Source of the DNA: an uncultured Chlamydiae bacterium | GTDB lineage: Bacteria > Chlamydiota > Chlamydiia > Chlamydiales > JAJFMA01 | Reading direction: 5' to 3' | Length of the DNA: 64,000 nt | Assembly: GCA_963713615.1 (NCBI GenBank) | Contig: CAVQMM010000001.1 | Span: 1,280,001-1,344,000, forward strand | The notes under the pieces: generated by a model | What the model saw: the letters and a program-made list of their open reading frames with translations, nothing else | Databases searched by the model: none | Told to the model about the DNA's origin: nothing | Made by a program: the position numbers and the translations under genes | In this document: piece after piece, positions 41,687 to 52,069 of the stretch | Position numbering within the stretch: the first letter of the stretch is position 1 | Layout of the letters: each line of letters begins with the position of its first letter

Positions 41687-42610
41687 CTAACTTTTCTGTT
41701 CAAACTGCTTTCGCGCTTTGTTAACCATTAGCCAGCTGAACAGGGCCCCCCCAACATAGGTAAGCACAATTAGAGCAGCAAAAAGTAGGCCAGCATGGAC
41801 TCCCGCGTATGCCAAAGCCACTATAGCGATCTCGGCAATTAAAATCTGAACTATTAAGAAGATTAGCCACTTGGTACCGCGACGTTGATAAGGAAAGTAA
41901 AAGGAAGCCCACAATAGACCGGAACCGTAAAGAAACCACGAAATCGACCCTTGATACATGCCCAGTGCCGCGAAGTCAGCAGCCGCATATCGCACAATGA
42001 GATACAATAGACCACAGAGACCAGCAATCACCAGCAAGCCATAGGCCACAAACCAGTGCTGCCGTACTTGATCCCGGGCCACAACCAGTTTTTCCTTAAA
42101 AGTTAGTTCCGTACGAGGTTTGGCAGCAAGTGTGTCTGCCCAAGTATTAAAGGCGTCGGTCGTTTTAGCATCGACAATCTCAGCCTTAGCTAGATTGATC
42201 TGATACAATCTATAGCAGGCAAACAAAAAGTACAGCGTAACCAGCCATTGAATTACCTCGAAGGGACGGGAAAATAGCCCCAAAACAAGTTGCGAAGGAA
42301 TGCCCTCGAGCCAGGAAATAGGCTCAATAATCGCTGTAAAAATGAAACTCACAATCAAAAAAAGCAACCACCCAATTCCCTGCTTTGAGTAGGAGTAATG
42401 GTAGGTCGCCCACCAGCTTCCTATGACCAATGGACTCATGATCGCATATAATGCGACCAACCAGCCTTTTCCAATCGGAAAATCCGGATCCGGCGGACTA
42501 AGAGAAAAAAGTGTATACCCTCCAACCAACAATCCCACGGTGCTCCACAGCACCCAGACATAAAAGGCAATCAGCCACTCTTTGCGTATTTGTTCTTCAG
42601 TTGAAAACAT
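41687..42610 (-). CDS. Hypothetical multi-TM membrane protein with internal duplication
   Basis: About 8 hydrophobic segments; 'QIRKEW...YSKQGIGWLLFLIV' vs 'QVRQHW...YQRRGTKWLIFLIV'. Confidence 0.7.
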   Translation of the reverse strand: MFSTEEQIRKEWLIAFYVWVLWSTVGLLVGGYTLFSLSPPDPDFPIGKGWLVALYAIMSPLVIGSWWATYHYSYSKQGIGWLLFLIVSFIFTAIIEPISWLEGIPSQLVLGLFSRPFEVIQWLVTLYFLFACYRLYQINLAKAEIVDAKTTDAFNTWADTLAAKPRTELTFKEKLVVARDQVRQHWFVAYGLLVIAGLCGLLYLIVRYAAADFAALGMYQGSISWFLYGSGLLWASFYFPYQRRGTKWLIFLIVQILIAEIAIVALAYAGVHAGLLFAALIVLTYVGGALFSWLMVNKARKQFEQKS

Positions 42611-42960
42611 TTTTATTTAACCCTTCATGTTAATTGTTATTATTAACTAAATTATAATTCATTATTCTGTAATTGTCTTTGAAAATTTAAACATGAAAAT
42701 CTAAACAAAAAAAATTGCTATATATCATATTCGGTTGACAAAAGGCACACATTGGCATAAAACTTAGATATGCCACATGATTCGCCAATTTACCTATTTT
42801 GGCCTTATTCACCTGAGAAAAATCTCAAGCTCTAAGGACCTTCGCTTCAAATAGCTCAGTCGCCGTTAACCTAGACATGGAACATTGGATAATAATGCGG
42901 CTTCTGGTACCTTAGCCATTTTATTTGCCTCCTTTGTCACAAAACTAGGTTTTCATTGTT

Positions 42961-45495
42961 ATGGATAGGCGTACTCTCCTTTTTTTCATCTCGCTCACTC
43001 TGACACTGTTTCTGGTAAACATCTTTTTTACATACCAAGAGCAAGAGACCAACCGAGTTTGGTATGAGCAGCAAAAAATCAAGAAAGCACAGCAACAAAC
43101 GGAGTTGCGGTCGAACATTCAGCGACGTACAAAAAATCCAACTGATCTTCCCCTGGTAGACCTCTTCGCAAAACCTAATGGCCAAGACTACCTCGCCAGT
43201 GGTGTGAAGGTTGGGAACAATATTCTGACGATCTCCTGGGATACTCATCTTCCAGATACGGTATACACCAACGCATCAACTAAAGATGGTCAGGGTGAGG
43301 CAGTCAAACTTCACGGCACAAGCACACAAGCAGGCCAGCCCGTCGTGTTTGCTATAGCAGGAGCCGAACCTCTAAAGGTCGTCGAGTTGCCTTCATTGGG
43401 AACCTTCGAGCTCCAGCTAGTGTCTTTTACGCCTGATACTGAGAGCCCAAATATCAATATCTCCCTTGGGGAATTTCGCGACAGCGCCCTCTTTATTCCC
43501 GCCGAGGACTTGGATCTCCCCCACGATCAGTTGGATAAATTCCTCCCTCACAATAATGCTATCGCCCTCAAAAGCACAGCTCAAGGCTACCTACCCGTTG
43601 GGATCTATTCTACGGAAGATCATGCGCTAATTTTTCTAAGCTCGTTCCCAACTCTGGCTCCTTTGGCAAACGTCACAGAGAAATCTGCTGCAGAAGTCCC
43701 TACCGCGGAGCAACAGAAGTATTATGTGCTAGAAAGTCCCTACCAGCAGCTTGTCTTTTCAAACATCGGTGGAGCCCTGGTAGAGATCAACTTGCCGTTT
43801 GAGTCTGATACGAATCATCAAAGCGTCGTTAGAGAGATTGAAGTCGATCGCGAAATGGTCGCTGATCACCCTCACGATGCCCATTTTCCATCTCAGACTT
43901 ATTTTACATCCACGGAATCCGGTAAAGGGCCTTATCTTCAGCATCAAAGCGGTGCCCTGGGCGGATATTATCCTCTGCTACGCCGAAATCTGATTGGTAA
44001 TCATGGCGGTATTAAAGCGCCAGTGGCTCCTCAATATTACGCCTTTAATATTGTCTCGGAATATCCTGAAGTCGCTCAGAGACCCTATGAGGTCACCTAC
44101 TTTGATAGCCGCAAGATTGTTTTCGAATCGACGGTGGGCCGGCGCAAAATTACCCGCACCTATAGCATCAATCCCGACTTGGCGCCTTATTGTCTTGAGC
44201 TTACTATTGATGTCGAGGGTGATGCCAGAGGCTTATGGATCACTTCCGGCATTCCTGAAGTGGAAATGATTTCGGGCTCTCCAGCCCCCGCCATCAAATA
44301 TCGCGTTACCCGCAACGGTAAGAGCGAGGTTGTCAACATAGACCCACCTAATGACATGTTGACGTTCACTTCACTCAACCCTGATTGGTTGTCAGATGGA
44401 AATGGGTTCTTTGGGATCATTCTAGACCCGTTAACAGAGATCGACTCAGGCTACAAAGTCCAGAAGGTCTCCGGGAAAGCCGCACCATCACGTCTGGTAT
44501 TGCTAGATGTTGGCCAAGATAATGGTAAGGACGTTGACTTTCCTGGATATAACGTCATGCTTCCGTTAAAGAGCGCTGGTGGGCAAATGAAGTTTCGCCT
44601 GTATGCTGGACCCTACACAGGAGCGATCCTGGATAAGGTTGACGCAGCCTACTCCGACCCTGCCACTGGCTATAATCCCGATTATGCCGCTAGCCAGAGC
44701 TTCCATGGATGGTTTAGCTTTATCTCGCAGCCTTTTGCTGACTTCCTCTTTATTTTGATGAAGTTCTTCCATACCTTGACCGACTCCTGGGCCATGTCGA
44801 TCGTTCTTCTTACGGTTGCTCTGCGGTTGATGCTGTATCCTCTCAATGCCTGGTCGATGAAGTCTACTCTGAAAATGCAGGAGCTCGCTCCTGAGATTCA
44901 AGCCATCAATGACCGCAATAAGAAGGATCCCAAAAAAGGTCAGATGGAGATCATGAACCTGTATCGCGAAAGAGGTGTTAATCCACTTTCGGGATGCTTC
45001 CCCATGCTGATCCAGCTGCCATTCCTGATCGCCATGTTCGATCTATTGCGTTCCACGTTTGAACTGAGAGGAGCTTCGTTTATTCCTGGATGGATCGATA
45101 ACCTGACCAGTCCCGACGTCGTATTCTCGTGGACATCACCCACCATACCGTTTATTGGAAACCAGTTCCACTTACTGCCAATCATCTTGGGTCTATGCAT
45201 GTTCCTGCAGCAACGTATGATGTCTCCAGCACCCGCGGACCCTAGCCAGATGACTGATCAGCAGCGTCAGACGCGCGCTATGAGCACTCTGATGGCCCCT
45301 GTGTTCACTGTCTTATTTTACAACTTCCCATCAGGTCTAAACATCTACTGGTTATCCTCTACCCTCTTGGGAATGTTGCAACAGATAATTATGACACGTC
45401 AGTTCAAAGGTAAGAAGGCCGCCGCACCAGTACCTGTCAAAGCTATTTCCACAAAAGCGACTCCTGCAAAGAAAAAGGGAAAGGGCAAAAACTAG
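42961..45495 (+). CDS. yidC: Membrane protein insertase YidC (long chlamydial type)
   Basis: 'SGCFPMLIQLPF', 'WIDNLTSPD', 'PSGLNIYW'. Confidence 0.93.
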   Translation: MDRRTLLFFISLTLTLFLVNIFFTYQEQETNRVWYEQQKIKKAQQQTELRSNIQRRTKNPTDLPLVDLFAKPNGQDYLASGVKVGNNILTISWDTHLPDTVYTNASTKDGQGEAVKLHGTSTQAGQPVVFAIAGAEPLKVVELPSLGTFELQLVSFTPDTESPNINISLGEFRDSALFIPAEDLDLPHDQLDKFLPHNNAIALKSTAQGYLPVGIYSTEDHALIFLSSFPTLAPLANVTEKSAAEVPTAEQQKYYVLESPYQQLVFSNIGGALVEINLPFESDTNHQSVVREIEVDREMVADHPHDAHFPSQTYFTSTESGKGPYLQHQSGALGGYYPLLRRNLIGNHGGIKAPVAPQYYAFNIVSEYPEVAQRPYEVTYFDSRKIVFESTVGRRKITRTYSINPDLAPYCLELTIDVEGDARGLWITSGIPEVEMISGSPAPAIKYRVTRNGKSEVVNIDPPNDMLTFTSLNPDWLSDGNGFFGIILDPLTEIDSGYKVQKVSGKAAPSRLVLLDVGQDNGKDVDFPGYNVMLPLKSAGGQMKFRLYAGPYTGAILDKVDAAYSDPATGYNPDYAASQSFHGWFSFISQPFADFLFILMKFFHTLTDSWAMSIVLLTVALRLMLYPLNAWSMKSTLKMQELAPEIQAINDRNKKDPKKGQMEIMNLYRERGVNPLSGCFPMLIQLPFLIAMFDLLRSTFELRGASFIPGWIDNLTSPDVVFSWTSPTIPFIGNQFHLLPIILGLCMFLQQRMMSPAPADPSQMTDQQRQTRAMSTLMAPVFTVLFYNFPSGLNIYWLSSTLLGMLQQIIMTRQFKGKKAAAPVPVKAISTKATPAKKKGKGKN

Positions 45496-45513
45496 CCAAA
45501 GGAAGCTCTTATC

Positions 45514-46422
45514 ATGACATGGAATAAACTACGCTCGGTCTGGATTATCCTCGCATTACTCGTCCTTCCTCTACAGATTGCCGCGGAGGAATCGGCAGTG
45601 AGGATTGCTACGGTCCCTCTGCTCGAAGATAACTATGCGTACATCCTACGCTGGGAAGATAAAGCGATGGTGATCGATCCCAGTGAAGACCAGCGAGTCT
45701 GGGATTACCTATGCCAAGAAAAGCTAAAGCTAAAGTACATCTTGAACACCCACCATCATTGGGATCATGTTGCTGGCAACCAAAAGCTGAAAGCATGGAG
45801 TGGTTGCACTGTCATTGGGCCCGACGACCCACGAATTCCCTGCTTGGATAAGACAGTTCAAGATGGTGACGAGATCAATCTAGATGGTATCGCCATAAAA
45901 ATTCTATTTGTACCAGGCCATACCTCGACTCATATCGCTTTTTACTTGCCAGATCAAAGAGCTCTATTTACCGGAGACCTCTTATTTGGTGCCGGCTGCG
46001 GCAAAATCTTTGAGGGCACTATTCCTCAAATGATTCAGTCCTTTGAAAAGGTCAAGGCGTTGCCAGACAACACCCAACTATTTTTCGGTCATGAATACAC
46101 AGTCAATAACCTGCGTTTTGCTCTAGCTGTCGAGCCAAAAAATCTCGCCGTGGCAGCTCGTCTAGAAAAAGTTCAGGATCTGCGCAATGCGGGCATTCCC
46201 TCTGTTCCCAGCAGTTTGGGAGAGGAAAAGCTGACGAATCCCTTCCTCCGACTCAACGATGGTCTTCTCAAGCGCGAGTTGGGTGTAGCGAGTGCATCAC
46301 CTGAAGATGTGTTTGAGAGAATCATCCTTCTGAAGCAACGGACGGTACCGCACGCTGAAGGACCCTGGGCTACCCGCACTAAAGAAGGAAGTAAATCTCG
46401 AGCGCAACGGAAAGCAAACTAA
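45514..46422 (+). CDS. gloB: Hydroxyacylglutathione hydrolase (glyoxalase II) with signal-peptide-like N-terminus
   Basis: 'DNYAY', 'THHHWDHVAGN', 'PGHT', 'FTGDLLFGAGCG', 'GHEYT', 'EKLTNPFLR'. Confidence 0.9.
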   Translation: MTWNKLRSVWIILALLVLPLQIAAEESAVRIATVPLLEDNYAYILRWEDKAMVIDPSEDQRVWDYLCQEKLKLKYILNTHHHWDHVAGNQKLKAWSGCTVIGPDDPRIPCLDKTVQDGDEINLDGIAIKILFVPGHTSTHIAFYLPDQRALFTGDLLFGAGCGKIFEGTIPQMIQSFEKVKALPDNTQLFFGHEYTVNNLRFALAVEPKNLAVAARLEKVQDLRNAGIPSVPSSLGEEKLTNPFLRLNDGLLKRELGVASASPEDVFERIILLKQRTVPHAEGPWATRTKEGSKSRAQRKAN

Positions 46423-46559
46423 GTAAACCGTCTTTGAAGTGCTCAAACAGCCACTAAAGCCCTCACATAGTTGGACGGGCTGGACTTATTGGACAAATTG
46501 GACAAAAATGGACTTCTTCTTTTTGTCCAATTCGTCCAGTCAGTCCCATTCGTCCAATT

Positions 46560-47111
46560 GAGGTAATTTCAGAAGTATTTGAGCTCTCATGGATCGATTC
46601 TTTGGAAAAAATCACTTTTTTTTGTGAGAAGGCGATTCTGGAGAGCTTAAGTGGTATGGCACTATCCAGTCTGGAAAGACAGGCTTTTCTCCCTTCCCAG
46701 GCCCGAAGGGTCGATATTGCAACAGGCCATGGCATCGCCACATAGGCCTCAACCTAACAGGTCTTTTGAGCTTATATCTCAATGACTTAGGACTTCACAA
46801 TCGTATCTCGGCGCGCAGCGCTTTGGAGTGCGGTCGCTTGCGACCGCTTTTCGTTCCTTGGGACGGCAATGCTAAACGGCATTGTATGGATTCGTCGAAG
46901 GCTGCATGTATTAACTATTTTACCCTTAGGGAATTATAGTAATGCCGTTGCACACGACCGTCGCAAGGAACCCAAAGCGGTCGCAAGCGACCGCACTCCA
47001 AAGCGCTGCGCGCCGAGATACGATTGTTAGGCTTAGGTTGAGGCCTATGTGGCATCGCCATGGTATATGCCAGGAAGAAATTTCGGAAAATCGGACTTCT
47101 GCAATTACCTC
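46560..47111. mobile_element. Family B MITE, 4-bp TSD AATT, inside a family C host (~46471-47122), internally deleted
   Basis: gaggtaatttcagaagt...acttctgcaattacctc; AATT at 46556-46559 and 47112-47115. Confidence 0.9.
46741..47049. mobile_element. Family D element containing family A (46791-47032); IS-free twin of 32791-35402
   Basis: Almost identical to the 32791 copy; flanked by TGGCATCGCCA at 46730-46740 and 47050-47060. Confidence 0.9.
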
Positions 47112-47236
47112 AATTAGTCCATAGAGCCACGCTTGTTACTTCCGCCATCCAACATCACCTTAATTCTTGCTATTCTATTTAATTATATTATAGAATGCGT
47201 TTGTCATCATACAATTAACATACTTTTTTAATCGTT

Positions 47237-47795
47237 ATGTCTGAATATCTACCTAATCAAACTTCTTTTGGCAATCAATATAGTTTGCTGAGTGGGCCGC
47301 AAAGGGCAAGGAGCCTCAGATCTCAAGAACCTGGAGGACTACGTGCATTAATGCCGAACGATCAGGCGAGACCTAAGCACTAAGTCCGTAGCTATCGTAG
47401 ATTTCATAACAAAATTGAATTCACCATGGCTCACTGAGGTTGATTCAGTCGCGTTAAAGCAGCGATGGAATGAAATAAATCGCTATCAGACAGACTGTGA
47501 AGATCAAATCGACAATAGCATTCAGGATGCAGAGGCCATTAAGGAAATGGTTTCATCAAGAATAGCAGACACACACAGCTACCTGCAAGTATTCGCCCCA
47601 GAGCAGTGTAAAAGGCTAGCCATTATTTCCGAGGCGGAAAGAGTGAAGCGTAGAAACCTTCACCTGCACACGGCACACTATTTTGAGCTTTTGAAAGAGA
47701 CCCACGACCACGATTTTGCCAGCTTAGATCAAAGTATCAATCAAGCCATCAATAGAAATAAGCCCTTTTTACAAAAACTCTTTTTTTGGAAATAG
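47237..47795 (+). pseudogene. Possible frameshifted hypothetical gene
   Basis: ATG 47237 ORF (48 aa) follows a TTGCTA-N18-TAGAAT-like promoter and stops at 47383, overlapping an open frame (~47351-47795) that lacks a good start. Confidence 0.35.
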
Positions 47796-47826
47796 AGAAC
47801 CGACTGCGGTTCATCCTCGGGGAGGG

Positions 47827-48930
47827 TTATGAAACCACCGATTGTGCCGTCGCCTCAAGCGCCTTAGGCCGCCCATGCCAAAGAAGCCACAGGCCAATAG
47901 CAACAAAAGGCAAACTCAATAGCTGTCCGGTCTGCAAAAGAGCATCATCCGCGAAGCCCCCTTGAGACTCTTTAACAAATTCGATGAAAAAGCGACTGGC
48001 AAATACAAAAGTAAAGAGAAGCCCCACCAGCACTCCTGGCCAAGTGCGATAGACTCGCCTCTGCCAAATTCTTAGAAACAAGAAGAATAGCAGCAGATTT
48101 ACAATACCCTCATACAGCTGAACGGGGTGCCTTGGTACAATAGGTCCCCCCTCAGCAGGATGAGCGAAGAGGATAGCCCAAGGGACACTGGTTTCTACCC
48201 CCACAATCTCCTGATTGAAGAAGTTACCCAACCGGATACAAAAGCCTACGAAAACCCCTGGAACGGCGACTAGATCGAGGGTCCTCACCATATTTAGAGA
48301 GGGTAACACGCGTCGTGCAAATTGATTGTAAAGATAAATAGCAATAACAACCCCAATAATGCCCCCATGACTAGCGAGGCCTCCTTCCCATACCTTGGGG
48401 ATCTCACTGAGATTTTCGCGATAGTATTCCCAGCCATAGAAGAATACATGGCCCAAACGTGCTCCAATCACAGTACCGCCCACAACAAACCAGCAAAGTT
48501 TGTCGGTCAGACCAAACGCTAAGTCCCCTACAGGATAAATGATATTCGGCAGGATAACCGTGAGCTGATCGCGTTCAAAGGCACATTGGAGAGCCTGACA
48601 GATGGTTTGCTGTTCTTGCGGGCTGACCGCAGCAACGGTCGATTTCGGAAGTTTTAACGCTTTGGCAACATGATGTAGATGATCCCTGGAATCCTCGGCA
48701 GCGCGTCGAAGACGGGTAATCAATGCCGGCCAGTCCTTGACATGTGCTGGAGTGAACGCATTGTCAAGGGTTAGCTCACGCCGGAACATCCGAACTATGA
48801 TGAAATAGCCCACAATAAAGCCCAGTGCAAACAGGAGGCCATACCACCCGATAGGACGGTCTATAAAGGGCACTGTAAAAATAAACCTTGATGGGTCCCA
48901 GGTAAATAAATAGGCTAGCATGGATGACAT
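47827..48930 (-). CDS. lgt: Prolipoprotein diacylglyceryl transferase
   Basis: 'WYGLLFA', 'GARLGHVFFY', 'GGLASHG', 'RLGNFFNQE', 'RHPVQLYE'. Confidence 0.95.
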   Translation of the reverse strand: MSSMLAYLFTWDPSRFIFTVPFIDRPIGWYGLLFALGFIVGYFIIVRMFRRELTLDNAFTPAHVKDWPALITRLRRAAEDSRDHLHHVAKALKLPKSTVAAVSPQEQQTICQALQCAFERDQLTVILPNIIYPVGDLAFGLTDKLCWFVVGGTVIGARLGHVFFYGWEYYRENLSEIPKVWEGGLASHGGIIGVVIAIYLYNQFARRVLPSLNMVRTLDLVAVPGVFVGFCIRLGNFFNQEIVGVETSVPWAILFAHPAEGGPIVPRHPVQLYEGIVNLLLFFLFLRIWQRRVYRTWPGVLVGLLFTFVFASRFFIEFVKESQGGFADDALLQTGQLLSLPFVAIGLWLLWHGRPKALEATAQSVVS

Positions 48931-49138
48931 GGTGCTTCTTCCTGGTTAGTTTCAATACTACATCATACGTGATCTGCGTAATTTTTTGGGCAGAAATTAG
49001 GGATTTGCATGGTCTAACAGGTTGTCAATTCAACAAAAAAGGTAAACGGTTCGTGTAAATTTTTAACGCAAAGGCGCAAAGAAGAGCTCACCGTTGTGAT
49101 ACACAGCATAAGTAGGGTGAATAACCTATCCAAAAGTA

Positions 49139-49298
49139 GGCCTTGTTCACCTTTACGGTCAGAATTTCGGTCGGACGAAAAAGGTCGGATGTCGTGGTTT
49201 GTGACGAGGGCATAGCGCCAGCTATGTCCGAGGAGCAAAACGCGACAGACGATCCTTTTGCAGTCGACCGAAAACTGACCGCAAAGGTGAATAAGGCC
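49139..49298. mobile_element. Family G 160-bp imperfect palindrome with 8-bp TSD CAAAAGTA
   Basis: ggccttgttcacctttacggtcag...ctgaccgcaaaggtgaataaggcc; CAAAAGTA at 49131-49138 and 49299-49306. Confidence 0.85.
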
Positions 49299-49393
49299 CA
49301 AAAGTAACAGTTGCTATGCTTTCAACATAGTCGGCATCTTCCATTTTTGAAAGTACGGCTCTTACACTAACGGTAGAACTTATTAACAACTTA

Positions 49394-49852
49394 TCACTGC
49401 GGAACGCTCAGGTTATCATGCTCAATATTGACTTCATGCCCTTGGTCAAGATGTGCCTTCTCCTTCTCTACCAACATCTGTAGTTCGTTAATGTCACTTT
49501 CCTGAACGTCGTCCTTTGCCATCACTTCCAACACCTTAGCGCGAACTACTGAACTGTTAATCAAAGGCGTCCCCCTAAAATCCCAAGCGATAAAAAACTT
49601 AACCTTAAGCATGAAAACGGCCTCTCGAAGCCTTGCAAGCCATTCTACCATATTCATCTTGGCAGGATCATCCGCCTCCTTGATCACGACATCTACCTTG
49701 CCTTGGGCCTGATTGATGTCCTCTGCCAGCTTTCCATAGAAATCGGCCACTACCTGATCACTTGGCCCAGTACTATCTGCTTTCTCAGCCGCTGACAACA
49801 TCGGTGCAACCATTAACAATGCACCAGCGCAAAACCACAAAATTTTATTCAT
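49394..49852 (-). CDS. Hypothetical secreted protein
   Basis: Signal peptide MNKILWFCAGALLMVAPMLSA; 152 aa. Confidence 0.7.
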   Translation of the reverse strand: MNKILWFCAGALLMVAPMLSAAEKADSTGPSDQVVADFYGKLAEDINQAQGKVDVVIKEADDPAKMNMVEWLARLREAVFMLKVKFFIAWDFRGTPLINSSVVRAKVLEVMAKDDVQESDINELQMLVEKEKAHLDQGHEVNIEHDNLSVPQ

Positions 49853-49896
49853 ATTGCTACCAATAATATAAATAATGAGTTACTACTACGAAAGAG

Positions 49897-49925
49897 ATTA
49901 TATAATTAAATATTTAAATAGACAA
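49897..49925 (-). promoter_or_regulatory. Sigma70-type promoter
   Basis: On the minus strand TTGTCT-N17-TATAAT, upstream of ATG 49852. Confidence 0.55.
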
Positions 49926-49994
49926 CTTTTTGAATTAAATAACAACGACAACTCTGTTTGCACTTTCGTGTTATAAGGAGTTACAGTCGTCGCA

Positions 49995-51764
49995 TTACCG
50001 CAAAACAACGCCCTTATAGACAAGGGCCTTCTCGGGATCGAGGGTGACAAGTTGTCCCTCTTTTAAGACAGACATGGCGCCATCAGCGCGCACAATAAAG
50101 GCTTTATCCCACTTGGAAGCGAGCTCTACCAGGTAGGTCTCTGATTTGGTATCATCGATTTGATTATGCAGCACCACGGCTGCAGCATTAGCAATAAACG
50201 GCTCATAAGCAGGTTCACATTTAGTAATCACGAGAATCTGGTTGCAAACGCTAAATGGCTCCCGTGAGTCCGGCGATACCATAATGGCCACATTGCTATG
50301 AACTCTGGTTCCTCGCCCATTGTGCCCTCGAACGAGTACATCACCGATACTTTCGACAATCATCGTATTCGTGGTGCCTGAAACACCGAATGGCGAACCA
50401 GCTGTTACAATCACCAAATCGCCATAGCTAACGGCCTTACAATCCAAAGCAAACTGGCTTAGCGCGTTATATGACTCGTTGAAGTCCTTTGTCGCATCAT
50501 CACTTAGAAAGGGTGTCACACCCCAGTTCAGCGCTAGCTGATGATAGGATTTTACATTAGGTGTCATCGCCAAAATAGGCATGGATGGGCGCAACCGCGA
50601 CAACAACCTGGCAGTGCTTCCACTCTTTGTAAAGGCAAAAATGGCTCGAGCGCGCGAACTATAGGCTGTTTTCACTGTCGCCAACGTGACTGCTGATGGC
50701 ACATCAGTATAAAAAAGATGCGCATGTTGGTCCAAAAACTGGCGATGTTGAAAATCCACCTCAGCTTCCATGACAATGCTACGCATCACTCTGACGACTT
50801 CTGTAGGATATTTACCCACTGCAGTCTCTCCTGACAACATCACGGCTGAAGTCCCATCATAGATGGCATTGGCAACATCCGAAACCTCGGCACGTGTAGG
50901 CCGTGGATTATGAATCATCGACTCCAACATCTGCGTGGCCGTTACGGAGGGCTTACCGATGAGGTAGCTCTTTCGAATCATCATCTTTTGTAAACGCGGT
51001 ACCTGACTGATAGGCACCTCGACACCAAGGTCGCCCCTGGCGATCATCACACCATCAGCAACTTGAATGATTGTATCAAAATTTTGCACGCCCTCGGCGT
51101 TTTCGATCTTGGCGATCACCAAAATATTCGAGTGCCGCTGCTCATCCAGTACCTTGCGGATAGCCAAAATATCATCCGCAGTGCGTATGAATGAAGCTGC
51201 AATGATATCGATATCTCTCTTGCAGCCAAATATAATATCTTCGCGGTCCTTATCGGTCAGTGGGGGCAGTGGGAGCTTTTCATTGGGTATGTTGACACCC
51301 TTACCAGGACGCAGAAGACCATTATTTTGGATTTCAACTGTCACCCCTTCGTCATCGATAGCAACGACTGATGAAATGATATAGCCATCATCAAACAGAA
51401 TCCGGGTTCCTAAGCTCACACAGTCGAGGACATTTGATGGACTAATCGAAATGCCTGTCAGATCACCCTTAACAGGGTGGCGAAGAATCCGAAGATATTG
51501 CCCAGACACCAAGCTAATCTCTGTTTCGACTAATTCTCCCACGCGTATTTTGGGTCCGCGTGTATCCAATAGAATAGCCAAAGGCATATCGAGCTGCTTT
51601 CTAGCCTCTTTCAATAGGTCAATCATTGCACCCAAAGACTCATGAGTCGAATGACTACAGTTTAACCGCGCAACATTCATGCCAGCACCCATAAGGTCCA
51701 TTATGGCCTCAAGCGTGTTCACTGCTGGTCCAATCGTACAGACAATCTTCGTTTTAGTACGCAT
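49995..51764 (-). CDS. pyk: Pyruvate kinase with C-terminal PEP-utiliser swivel-like domain
   Basis: 'TKIVCTIGP', 'IAKIEN', 'MIARGDLGVE', 'ATQMLESM', 'MLSGETA'. Confidence 0.96.
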   Translation of the reverse strand: MRTKTKIVCTIGPAVNTLEAIMDLMGAGMNVARLNCSHSTHESLGAMIDLLKEARKQLDMPLAILLDTRGPKIRVGELVETEISLVSGQYLRILRHPVKGDLTGISISPSNVLDCVSLGTRILFDDGYIISSVVAIDDEGVTVEIQNNGLLRPGKGVNIPNEKLPLPPLTDKDREDIIFGCKRDIDIIAASFIRTADDILAIRKVLDEQRHSNILVIAKIENAEGVQNFDTIIQVADGVMIARGDLGVEVPISQVPRLQKMMIRKSYLIGKPSVTATQMLESMIHNPRPTRAEVSDVANAIYDGTSAVMLSGETAVGKYPTEVVRVMRSIVMEAEVDFQHRQFLDQHAHLFYTDVPSAVTLATVKTAYSSRARAIFAFTKSGSTARLLSRLRPSMPILAMTPNVKSYHQLALNWGVTPFLSDDATKDFNESYNALSQFALDCKAVSYGDLVIVTAGSPFGVSGTTNTMIVESIGDVLVRGHNGRGTRVHSNVAIMVSPDSREPFSVCNQILVITKCEPAYEPFIANAAAVVLHNQIDDTKSETYLVELASKWDKAFIVRADGAMSVLKEGQLVTLDPEKALVYKGVVLR

Positions 51765-51849
51765 ATCTCTCCGCAAAATTTGATACCCTTACAATAGAGC
51801 CTCTCGGGAAAACTTGCCAGTCCCAAGTGTCAAGGGAAGAGGGACGGGA

Positions 51850-52000
51850 AGAAGAGAGAAGAAAGGATAGGATTAGGAATTTCTACCACAGAGGACACTG
51901 AGGAGGAGAAGAAAGGGAAAATTGATCAAATTTCCCTTTCTTTTCCTCCTAATCTCAGTGTCCTCTATGTTCTCTGTGGTTAAAGTCCTAAATCCTCTCC
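51850..52000. repeat. Family F inverted element
   Basis: 'accacagaggacactgag..gaaagggaaa' ... 'tttccctttc..ctcagtgtcctct..ctctgtggt'. Confidence 0.85.
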
Positions 52001-52069
52001 AAGCCCCGCTCCTCGTTGCAATTGGAAGCACGCCTTGCTATACTATCTCTTTATCTTGGAGGTTTGCTC

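Noticed and set aside
42961..45495. Unusually long YidC; kinase-FGE fusion at 37184-39100
   Set aside because: Both are established chlamydial features.
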